A stretch of DNA of 64,000 nt. It comes from Smithellaceae bacterium. Lineage in GTDB: Bacteria; Desulfobacterota; Syntrophia; Syntrophales; Smithellaceae. The stretch spans positions 153,848-217,847 of the forward strand of contig JBEKVB010000003.1 in assembly GCA_049514435.1 (NCBI GenBank). The letters run 5' to 3'. The notes under the pieces are model-generated. The model worked only from the letters and a program-made list of their open reading frames with translations. It did no database searches and was not told where the DNA came from. Below are positions 17,231 through 24,255 of this stretch, one piece after another. How positions within the stretch are numbered: the stretch's first letter is position 1; each line of letters starts with the position of its first letter. The position numbers were made by a program, and so were the translations under genes.

Positions 17231-18088
17231 TCAGACGCTCTGCTTGAACATCTCATCTGCTATTATACCATCACATATCTTCATTACTGGGCCTGTCATG
17301 GTGGCAAAGAAGCCTTTACTGAAATTAATCTGAATATCTCCGCCCTGCATGTGAACAGTAATATCTGTATCACAAAGCCCAAGTCTGCGAGCAACCGCGG
17401 CAGCAGCAGTGCTGCTGCTTCCTGAAGCGAGAGTATATCCGGCTCCACGTTCCCAAATCTCGATCTGTATATTGTTACGATCCACAACCCTCATGAACTG
17501 TACATTTGTCCGATTAGGAAAACGAGGATCGACCTCCAGCAGAGGACCTAAGCGGCGTGCGTCTTCAGGCGTTGGGGAGTCCGAGAGAACAACGCAGTGC
17601 GGGTTGCCGATAGTGGCCGCGCAGAACGTCAAGATTTGATCGTCAACCTCTATGGTCTCTTTCAAGACTTCACGATGGTCGCCGACAACAGGGATCTTCG
17701 AACTATCAAAACTAACTTCACCCATTTCGACCTTCACACTTCTACCATCATCACTGACCACACATGACACAGGACCTCCAATGGTTTCTATAGTGAAGCA
17801 CCCATTATCAACGAGATGCTCATCCCAAAGGAAACGTGCGAAGATTCGAAGTCCGTTCCCGCTTTTTTCCGCCTCACTACCGTCGGGATTGAGAATCCTA
17901 AGTCCGAATTCACATGACTCACTGTCCAAAGGGCCAATAAGAATCCCGTCCGATCCAACACCATAGTTTCTATGGCAGATCAGGCGGATGGCATCAGGAT
18001 CAAGTTCACCCTTTACATCGGCCGGACGAATCACAATGTAATCGTTACCGATGGCATGATATTTTGTATATTTCATTTTTGATTCCAA
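17231..18088 (-). CDS. diaminopimelate-epimerase (DapF)-fold protein with both catalytic Cys replaced by Ser (start probably ATG at 18076)
   Basis: HAIGNDYIVI, NPDGSEAEKSGNGLRIF and ERGAGYTLASGSSSTAA align to E. coli DapF HGLGNDFMVV, NADGSEVAQCGNGARCF and ERGAGETQACGSGACAA. Confidence 0.75.
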   Translation of the reverse strand: MESKMKYTKYHAIGNDYIVIRPADVKGELDPDAIRLICHRNYGVGSDGILIGPLDSESCEFGLRILNPDGSEAEKSGNGLRIFARFLWDEHLVDNGCFTIETIGGPVSCVVSDDGRSVKVEMGEVSFDSSKIPVVGDHREVLKETIEVDDQILTFCAATIGNPHCVVLSDSPTPEDARRLGPLLEVDPRFPNRTNVQFMRVVDRNNIQIEIWERGAGYTLASGSSSTAAAAVARRLGLCDTDITVHMQGGDIQINFSKGFFATMTGPVMKICDGIIADEMFKQSV

Positions 18089-18120
18089 ATCCGTTTACAT
18101 GGATCAGTTTTTATATTTTT

Positions 18121-18190
18121 AACGCTGAGGATTTCAGGTTGAAACCTACCATAAAATGCCCAAATATAAAATTGAGACTTACAGGAAGAA
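18121..18190 (+). repeat. family F1, copy C (AACGCTGAGGATTTCAGGTTGAAACCTACCATAAAATGCCCAAATATAAAATTGAGACTTACAGGAAGA)
   Basis: Shares both ends (AACG..., AAATTGAG-CTTACAGGAAG) with copies B and D. Confidence 0.55.
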
Positions 18191-18241
18191 GTGCTTGTTG
18201 AAAACACAACTGTTCAGAAGTGGGCAGTTATAATAAGCGTG

Positions 18242-18266
18242 GATTATGAATTGAAAGAGGGTAACG
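18242..18266 (+). repeat. family F2, copy 2 (GATTATGAATTGAAAGAGGGTAACG)
   Basis: 22/25 identical to 9111-9135. Confidence 0.65.
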
Positions 18267-18372
18267 GCTATGTCGCCTGCGGTTGAAACCAAAAATTATC
18301 TTAATAAATTGTCTTTAAACATAGCGTTTATTATCATTTTGAATAGGTGATGTCAATAATTTTAGCTTATTT

Positions 18373-18388
18373 AGGGACAGCTGTCCCT
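18373..18388. terminator. perfect 16-bp palindrome AGGGACAGCTGTCCCT just downstream of the PAS-like gene (hairpin or operator)
   Basis: Read directly. Lies 29 nt after the stop at 18417. On the minus strand a TTGACA-17-TAATAA promoter-like element follows. No strong U-run. Confidence 0.3.
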
Positions 18389-18416
18389 GTTTACACCATG
18401 ATTGATAAACTGAGGC

Positions 18417-18815
18417 CTATTTTGAGATGGAAGATGGAAACAACTCCGGCTTTGCGTATTGAGTAATATCTATATTGAAATGTATATAGATGTCTTTTTC
18501 GCCAGAAACCGGAATCCAGTATGTATCAAGCACCTGCTTGAATGGTTCAAAATAGGCCACTGAGCGCTTGGTGATCCCTTCTGCCAATGCCGCATTTGCC
18601 AGGCATGTTTTATGGGATTCATTCAAGCCTGTCAATTCATAGCATTTCATTCCGGGTTGGATGCCCAGGTCGCGTGCCAGCTTGTTGACTGCGATGATGG
18701 AACGATCCTTCTTAAGCAGCATAACCACGAAAGGGAAAGCATCCCACATCATATGAAACGCTTTTATTAGATCCAGATTGGCATCGGGGTCTGATTTATT
18801 TGATGTGTTCTGCAT
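18417..18815 (-). CDS. small PAS-like domain protein (132 aa)
   Basis: ORF track. FPFVVMLLKKDRSIIAVNKLARDLGIQPG...DTYWIPVSGEKDIYIHF resembles a stand-alone PAS fold. Family assignment is tentative. Confidence 0.45.
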   Translation of the reverse strand: MQNTSNKSDPDANLDLIKAFHMMWDAFPFVVMLLKKDRSIIAVNKLARDLGIQPGMKCYELTGLNESHKTCLANAALAEGITKRSVAYFEPFKQVLDTYWIPVSGEKDIYIHFNIDITQYAKPELFPSSISK

Positions 18816-19071
18816 CGATTTTCCCCTTGATAGTTCACGTTCATGGTCTAGCGTATAAGAAACGCGGCCTTGAATGTCAAGGAAATCTTGACCTCAAAAT
18901 GTAATGTACCGTGCCGATGTATATCGTCGAGAGTGAATTGTGTTTATTACGGATTGAAGTCCTGCATACTCGACAAGGATGAGGATCTGTTTCTTTCAGG
19001 AAGTATGATTTACAATCCATCTTTACACCTGCTGTCAAGATAACTTCGTCCTACAGTACATTGGGCGGCGA

Positions 19072-19932
19072 CTAAGCGTCGATCCCTTGTTCTTGCAAGG
19101 CAGCTCTCAACTCATTTACGAGTCGATGCTCCACGATCCAGTCGACCAGTGCATCGAGGTGCATAAATTTCACCAGTCTCCCTTGCTTTTCACGCTGTGC
19201 CTGAAACCAGGCATCCATGACCGGCTCGACGTATGGATTCGCATGTCCATTGGTTACAAGTACACCTTCGATATAGTCTGGAACTACAGGCAGTTGAAAC
19301 GTAGTTAGTGGAACCAAGAAGATCTCCTCCAACTCGTCTTTACTCTCTCGCCATTTGTTTTTGTCTATGTCTCCACACTTGACTTGATAGTGACGCAGGA
19401 CGACAACCCCATCGATATGAAGTAGTGCAGCAATGTCCTTGCCGTACTCAATAGGCCCATGACGAACCTGCGCGTAAAGGGGTAGCCCAGCTTGCAGCAC
19501 ACGCAGCAATACCGTCCTAAGTACCGATTCCTTTGTTATGCCCTCGAACGCACGGTGCATCCATGTCCGAACGGGCCCGAGCATGGCAGTAAGAGCGCTC
19601 TTTCCGATCTCCGGACGCATAGCCTCGGTGACGTCCGGACCTATGATGGGGATCTTAGCAAGCATATCAAGGGCAAGAGCAAGTCGATTTCGGGTTAGCT
19701 CGCTGGCCGGATCGCTTTCGAAACCTCTGAAGGCACCTGCTGCTTCAGAGATGAACGTCAGCGCTAGACGATCATATTCGGTCTCTACGGACATACGGAT
19801 CTCGACTTGATATTCGCGACGCGCATCTTCGGGGCTGAATGTTTGTGGATCCGAGACGAGTTTTGACAAAACGTTCACGAGCACACGAAACCGTGCCACT
19901 TCGCCGCTGTGCCACCCCGACTCCGTACCCAC
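19072..19932 (-). CDS. hypothetical protein with a C-terminal Mrr/PD-(D/E)xK-like nuclease motif. In frame with, and probably the continuation of, the 20050-20841 ORF.
   Basis: YGKDIAALLHIDGVVVLRHYQVKCGDI resembles the G-x-D...D...Q/E-x-K core of Mrr-type restriction endonuclease domains. GTG start with no convincing RBS. Confidence 0.5.
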   Translation of the reverse strand: MGTESGWHSGEVARFRVLVNVLSKLVSDPQTFSPEDARREYQVEIRMSVETEYDRLALTFISEAAGAFRGFESDPASELTRNRLALALDMLAKIPIIGPDVTEAMRPEIGKSALTAMLGPVRTWMHRAFEGITKESVLRTVLLRVLQAGLPLYAQVRHGPIEYGKDIAALLHIDGVVVLRHYQVKCGDIDKNKWRESKDELEEIFLVPLTTFQLPVVPDYIEGVLVTNGHANPYVEPVMDAWFQAQREKQGRLVKFMHLDALVDWIVEHRLVNELRAALQEQGIDA

Positions 19933-20049
19933 TAGGGATTCTGCTGCCTTAGCAAGAAGCTCTTTTGCCTTCGCTGGAGTTCGGATCGATTCGGCCAGTC
20001 GAGCTCTGGCACGAAAGTATTTTGCCCACAGTTGCTGATTGATACCCGA

Positions 20050-20841
20050 CTAATGTCCGCCCTTCTCTTCTAAGGCAACTGGAAGGGTATCAGCAGCGAA
20101 AGCGTCTGCTGCTTTGTCGAACCAAGCTACTGCCTTGGCTTTCTCCACATGGGCCAGCGTGACTGCCAGCCAGCCCTTCAGGCCAGGCGTAGTGAAATCG
20201 ATAGCATGCTCCAGCACAATTTTGTGCGCCCCTTGCCAGTCGCCATCGAAAGTAAAAAGGTGGAAAGCGGAAGGAATGTTTAAGATCAATTCCTGCCCAC
20301 GCTGCTCGACGTCCATCGGAACTTCATAAGCAGGGAATTGCACATCCCATTTTCCGTCAAGGTCAGTGACAATGACGATTCCCCGCACGAGATAATTGCT
20401 CGCATGTTCAGAGTTTCCAAAGTGCTTCAATAAGCGCTGGGCGAGCTCGGAGTTTATCTCGCGAATCCGCGTTTGAATTGCCTCGCAGTCGACCTTGAAT
20501 AGCCACAAAGAACGAGCTAATAATTGTTTTAGTTTATAGAGCGCAGCAAGAGATACTGGGGAGTCAGGAGATTGTTCTGAAATAACCTGCTCGAAATCGA
20601 GCAACCCGGCATGCTGTGCCTTGAGCATATGATCAGGGTTTCCCCAAGCAGCATCTATGGCACATGACATTGCTACGCCCGCGCTAAAGTGTTGGCCGTC
20701 TCTACGCCAGAGTTCCGCAGCTTGGTATAACTTCTCGTAGGCGACTTCATTACCCGGAGGCGCCAGTGTCCGACTGACTTCTAGGAATAGATCACGTGCA
20801 GCACTCATAAAACTCCAGATGTTTGCTTCGCTGCCCAACAA
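20050..20841 (-). CDS. hypothetical all-helical protein (263 aa), terminated by a TAG that is in frame with the downstream ORF
   Basis: ORF track. 39 stop-free, start-free codons (SGINQQLWAKYFRARARLAESIRTPAKAKELLAKAAESL) link its TAG (20050-20052) to the GTG at 19932. Confidence 0.55.
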   Translation of the reverse strand: MLGSEANIWSFMSAARDLFLEVSRTLAPPGNEVAYEKLYQAAELWRRDGQHFSAGVAMSCAIDAAWGNPDHMLKAQHAGLLDFEQVISEQSPDSPVSLAALYKLKQLLARSLWLFKVDCEAIQTRIREINSELAQRLLKHFGNSEHASNYLVRGIVIVTDLDGKWDVQFPAYEVPMDVEQRGQELILNIPSAFHLFTFDGDWQGAHKIVLEHAIDFTTPGLKGWLAVTLAHVEKAKAVAWFDKAADAFAADTLPVALEEKGGH

Positions 20842-20916
20842 TGTTTATATATCTTGTATAATAAACTAAACACCGTGAATTTTGCAGTATAATACTCTTC
20901 AAACGGATCATATAAC

Positions 20917-20979
20917 AACAATTACGATTTGTAATGTAGCATAAAACAATAAAATGGAGAAATAAGAATTACAGGAAGT
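20917..20979 (+). repeat. family F1, copy D (AACAATTACGATTTGTAATGTAGCATAAAACAATAAAATGGAGAAATAAGAATTACAGGAAGT)
   Basis: 46/63 identical to copy B over the same length. A further partial relative (tttcaggaagtatgatttacaatcc) is at about 18990-19015. Confidence 0.7.
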
Positions 20980-21047
20980 TATCAGTACTGGCTATTCTTC
21001 TACCATATGCAACTTCCAGCATGGGAATATATTTATTTTGGGAATTG

Positions 21048-22087
21048 TTCACCTGACAAAGCATGGTTCCGAATTCCCTTTTAGTAAGTTTTTCAACATT
21101 AATCTCTCGCCTTCCATTCCCTTGACCGCTTCTTCCGCTCTTTCACCATCAGTCACTTTCCGGTTATCCCACCGGAAAGAAAACTCATTGCAATATCTTC
21201 CTAAATGCTTCTTAGAAATATGATGGAAAGTGCTATTGACACCACGCTTTACTAATGCGAAAAACGATTCCGCTGTGTTAGTAGAAATATCACCATTAAC
21301 ATATTGACCTAATCCGTGATTGACTACTCCGTGTCCACCTTTAAAATCTTTGCCTATTCCTATATAACTTCTAAATTCATCAGTTATTATTTTCGATTCG
21401 CTGTCCACTGCTTCTCTAATCGCTGACTTCAATGTCTTGGCTGTCACGTTCTTAACCGGCTTGGTAATTATTCTTCCGCCTCGTTCCACCATTGCCATTA
21501 CTGGAGCCTTCTTAGTTCCTCTGCCTCTTTTTCCACTCCCTTTTCTTGGCTTTCCGCCTATGTAAGTTTCGTCAACTTCAACAGTGCCTTTTAAAGCGGC
21601 AGCCAAAGCACCTTCTTTCATGGCGAGTCTTATTCTGTGAGCAAGATGCCACGCGGATTTATAAGAACCAAGACCTAAGTTTCTTTGAAGCTGAAGGGCA
21701 GAAATTCCCTTTTTGTGAGAACTCATGGAATGAAAAGCCTGAACCCATTGCCTTAAAGTAATATGAGAATCTTCCATTACCGTGCCGATCATAACAGTAA
21801 ATTGTTTACGGCAAGCATTACATTGAATCAAGCCGTCTCTGACCTTTTCAGATTTGCTATTAAGTCTTGTCACATTATCACTTCCGCAATGAGCGCATTT
21901 TACACCTTCCGGCCAGCGGATATGCTCAAGGATTGCCCTTGCTTCATCTTCAGTTAATCGGCAAATGTCTATTGCCGACATCTCCGCAAATCTCTCAAAT
22001 TTAGGTGGTATATATTTCATGGTTTTAACTCCTTTCTCTCTTTTGTTACCCATAATATATACCCGTTTATCTGCTTTGTCAAGTGGA
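21048..22087 (-). mobile_element. IS1595-family (ISXO2-like) insertion sequence, ~1.04 kb
   Basis: Terminal inverted repeats TTCACCTGACAAAGCA (21048-21063) and TGCTTTGTCAAGTGGA (22072-22087), 14/16 complementary. One transposase gene. No clear target-site duplication seen. Confidence 0.65.
21049..22020 (-). CDS. IS1595-family DDE transposase with N-terminal zinc ribbon
   Basis: CAHCGSDNV...CNACRKQFTV zinc ribbon. HKKGISALQLQRNLGLGSYKSAWHLAHRIR HTH. VEVDETYIGGK DDE region. AAGGAG RBS before the MKYIPPKF start. Confidence 0.8.
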   Translation of the reverse strand: MKYIPPKFERFAEMSAIDICRLTEDEARAILEHIRWPEGVKCAHCGSDNVTRLNSKSEKVRDGLIQCNACRKQFTVMIGTVMEDSHITLRQWVQAFHSMSSHKKGISALQLQRNLGLGSYKSAWHLAHRIRLAMKEGALAAALKGTVEVDETYIGGKPRKGSGKRGRGTKKAPVMAMVERGGRIITKPVKNVTAKTLKSAIREAVDSESKIITDEFRSYIGIGKDFKGGHGVVNHGLGQYVNGDISTNTAESFFALVKRGVNSTFHHISKKHLGRYCNEFSFRWDNRKVTDGERAEEAVKGMEGERLMLKNLLKGNSEPCFVR

Positions 22088-22292
22088 TAGTTAAAATATA
22101 TTACCTAATAATATCGACCTGTTACTACAAGAGATAGGAGTAGAACATAATAATGCTTATCACTGAAATAGATAACCAGATTAAACCCTCCATAATAAAT
22201 CGAGAGACAGTCTGGGGAGGGAAAAACACTAGTAAAGTAAGAAAAAAAATGCTAATTACAGCGCCAATAAAACCTATTCCACTTAAAAACAA

Positions 22293-23015
22293 ATGATACT
22301 TTTTGAGCGTTGGAAGAAAACCGCAATTCACAATAAGGCTTTGGTATTGACCGGATTCCTTGTAGCCTTCGGAACTCTGTTCTATGCCGGTGCGGCTGTT
22401 TTCCAATACTGTTTGATGAAAGACACCGCAAAAGCTGCTGCTGAACAAACAAAAATTTTGATAGGAGAAATGCAGAACCAAACTAAAGCTATGCAAGACG
22501 CTGCTAATGCTACTATGAATACTGTTAAAGTAGCTGAACGGAATATCAAATCCACACAAGAGCAATTTAGATTGGATCAAAGGGCTTGGATTAGTATAAC
22601 AAAGGCAAACTTCAGGGAACCGCTTGATGCGAAGAAAAAAGCCGTCATAGATTTTGTAGTCAAAAACAGTGGCAAAACCCCAGCTCTGCATCTTCGGGGG
22701 AGTTATGAAACATGGTATCAACATTTGGGAACAGCTTCTCTGAAAGTCGGGAAAACTATTAGCGGTGAAATCGCTTACGGTCCCGGAGATGAAAAAGTAA
22801 CCTTTATCGGATGGGACGAACCTCTTCTTCAAGCTCAAATTGACCTTATGCAATCGGGGCAGGAAATCCTTTTTATTGAAATCAAATTTATATATTTTGA
22901 CATATATAACAGCAAAATACCGCATCACACTTGCACATGTTTTTTCTATGACTCCAAAGCTGCTATCAATGGGGCTTTGTCGCTCTGTGAAACTGGGTGT
23001 AGTTATATGGATTAG
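22293..23015 (+). CDS. hypothetical membrane-anchored protein (240 aa): one N-terminal TM helix + coiled segment + beta-rich domain
   Basis: Protein-like sequence (AVIDFVVKNSGKTPALHL...). Strong purine-first / A,T-third codon periodicity in this frame. Fully overlapped by an antisense ORF (see findings). Confidence 0.5.
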   Translation: MILFERWKKTAIHNKALVLTGFLVAFGTLFYAGAAVFQYCLMKDTAKAAAEQTKILIGEMQNQTKAMQDAANATMNTVKVAERNIKSTQEQFRLDQRAWISITKANFREPLDAKKKAVIDFVVKNSGKTPALHLRGSYETWYQHLGTASLKVGKTISGEIAYGPGDEKVTFIGWDEPLLQAQIDLMQSGQEILFIEIKFIYFDIYNSKIPHHTCTCFFYDSKAAINGALSLCETGCSYMD

Positions 23016-23090
23016 CAAAATAATTATCCCAAATAACCATTTATTTTTCATTGTTCAGCTCCTGCTTTGTGAAGTGAACAATTCCCTTTA

Positions 23091-23124
23091 TTTTTCTAAA
23101 AAATTTTCAGCCTGTCAATGCGCA
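23091..23124 (+). repeat. family c, copy 3: TTTTCTAAAAAATTTTCAGCCTGTCAATGCGCA
   Basis: See 8747-8784. The reverse complement contains TTGACA. Confidence 0.6.
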
Positions 23125-23360
23125 TGAAGGAGGGATACCTCACAAACGGGGCGACCCTATCTCTTAAAAAAGGGGGTATCCGGGGGGTAAAGGGAAGCAT
23201 TCTTTTTGGGTGTGCGATCTGCTACGGAAGGTGTAACTAAATTGTAACCGTCTTAACCGAAAATAAACAAACATAAACAAACATAATCCAACTTGCTCAT
23301 GGTAACATGTCAATATATAAAGGCTTAATTATGATGGGAAATCGCCTTTATGTTAGTTAC

Positions 23361-23427
23361 GACTTCAAATCCAGTGTGGGGCGCTAGAACCGTCCCGGGT
23401 GGGTTCGATTCCCATGCGCTTCCGCCA
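23361..23427 (+). pseudogene. selC: 3' half of tRNA-Sec (selC): anticodon loop CU-UCA-AA, long variable arm, T-arm, 8-nt acceptor strand, G73, CCA. The 5' half is missing (att-type remnant).
   Basis: GACTTCAAATCCAGTGTGGGGCGCTAGAACCGTCCCGGGTGGGTTCGATTCCCATGCGCTTCCGCCA closely parallels the 3' half of E. coli selC as I recall it (GGACTTCAAATCCAGTTGGGGCCGCCAGCGGTCCCGGGCAGGTTCGACTCCTGTGATCTTCCGCCA). Upstream sequence cannot pair with GCGCTTCC or TCCAG. Confidence 0.7.
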
Positions 23428-23488
23428 TGCATAAATTTAATGCAGATGTGGTGCAATAACTGCCGGAATTAATTAAATAGATACAGAC

Positions 23489-23517
23489 TTGACAGAAATA
23501 TTAATTGAACCTATAAT
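23489..23517 (+). promoter_or_regulatory. consensus sigma70 promoter TTGACA-17 nt-TATAAT upstream of the dsbC-like gene
   Basis: TTGACA at 23489-23494 and TATAAT at 23512-23517, read directly. Confidence 0.6.
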
Positions 23518-23546
23518 TAACCATATTCTTAAGGAGGTATAAATTA

Positions 23547-24245
23547 ATGAAAAAATTAGTTTTAATTGTTTTATGTCTTCTTCTCATTATTCCTGTTTGT
23601 GCCGGCGCAAAAAATCTCAGCTCCGAAGATAAGTTTAAGAAGAGTTTCCCAAAAAACAATTTTGAAAGCATAAAACCTACTTCCATTAAAGGAGTATACG
23701 AAATTTACGACGGCAATCAGATTTACTACTTTATGCCGGAAGCAGAGGTTATTATTTACGGCAATATAATTTCCAAAAACGGGGTAAATATCACCCGGGA
23801 AAGCAATTTAAAAAAGATTGCAGCAAAAATGGCCAATCTGCCTTTGGATAGCGCTTTGAAAATCGGCAATGGAAAAACTCCTGTGATAGAATTTATGGAT
23901 CCCGACTGTTCTTACTGTCGTCAAGCTTACAATTTTTTCTCTCAACGCCAGGATGTAACCATTTATGTTTTCTTCTCTCCCTCATTTCAAAACTCGGAAA
24001 AAAAGATCAGGCATATCTTATGCGCCCCGGATAAATTAAAGATGTATGAAGAAGTCCTTACGGGGAAATTTGATAATAATGCCCCGCTTAATATTTGCAC
24101 AGATAAAAAAGTTGATGAGACTGTCAAAACACATATACGGCTTTCTTCTCAAATAGGAATCAGATCAATACCCTTATTTTTTATCAAAGGACAGGTGATT
24201 GTCGGTTTCGAAAAAGCTATTATTGAAAATATTTTGAAAGACTAG
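23547..24245 (+). CDS. periplasmic thiol:disulfide interchange protein, DsbC/DsbG-like
   Basis: Signal peptide. Thioredoxin-fold CxxC (DPDCSYCRQ). AAGGAGG RBS. Confidence 0.7.
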   Translation: MKKLVLIVLCLLLIIPVCAGAKNLSSEDKFKKSFPKNNFESIKPTSIKGVYEIYDGNQIYYFMPEAEVIIYGNIISKNGVNITRESNLKKIAAKMANLPLDSALKIGNGKTPVIEFMDPDCSYCRQAYNFFSQRQDVTIYVFFSPSFQNSEKKIRHILCAPDKLKMYEEVLTGKFDNNAPLNICTDKKVDETVKTHIRLSSQIGIRSIPLFFIKGQVIVGFEKAIIENILKD

Positions 24246-24255
24246 GGAGGTATTT

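Noticed and set aside
22125-23051. Minus-strand 308-aa ORF as the real gene at this locus
   Set aside because: The composition of the overlapped part (F/S/C-rich, few charged residues) is what the antisense of a K/E/A-rich gene produces, and the plus-strand frame has better coding periodicity. Not fully excluded (see finding).
23190-23427. Possible tmRNA (ssrA), because of the T-arm + acceptor + CCA ending and a GGGGCGC/GCGCTTC minihelix with G:U pairs
   Set aside because: No tmRNA 5' end (GGGG...GGATTCGAC-type), no tag-peptide reading frame, and the segment is too short. The anticodon-loop CU-UCA-AA and the overall match to selC explain the sequence better.
23337-23427. A complete 91-nt tRNA-Sec gene starting at GGAAATCGCC
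   Set aside because: The length is right and the first bases resemble E. coli selC. But GGAAATCG cannot pair with GCGCTTCC, there is no D-arm (AT-rich CTTTATGTTAGTTAC), and only 2 bp of the anticodon stem would form. Treated as a 3' fragment or pseudogene.
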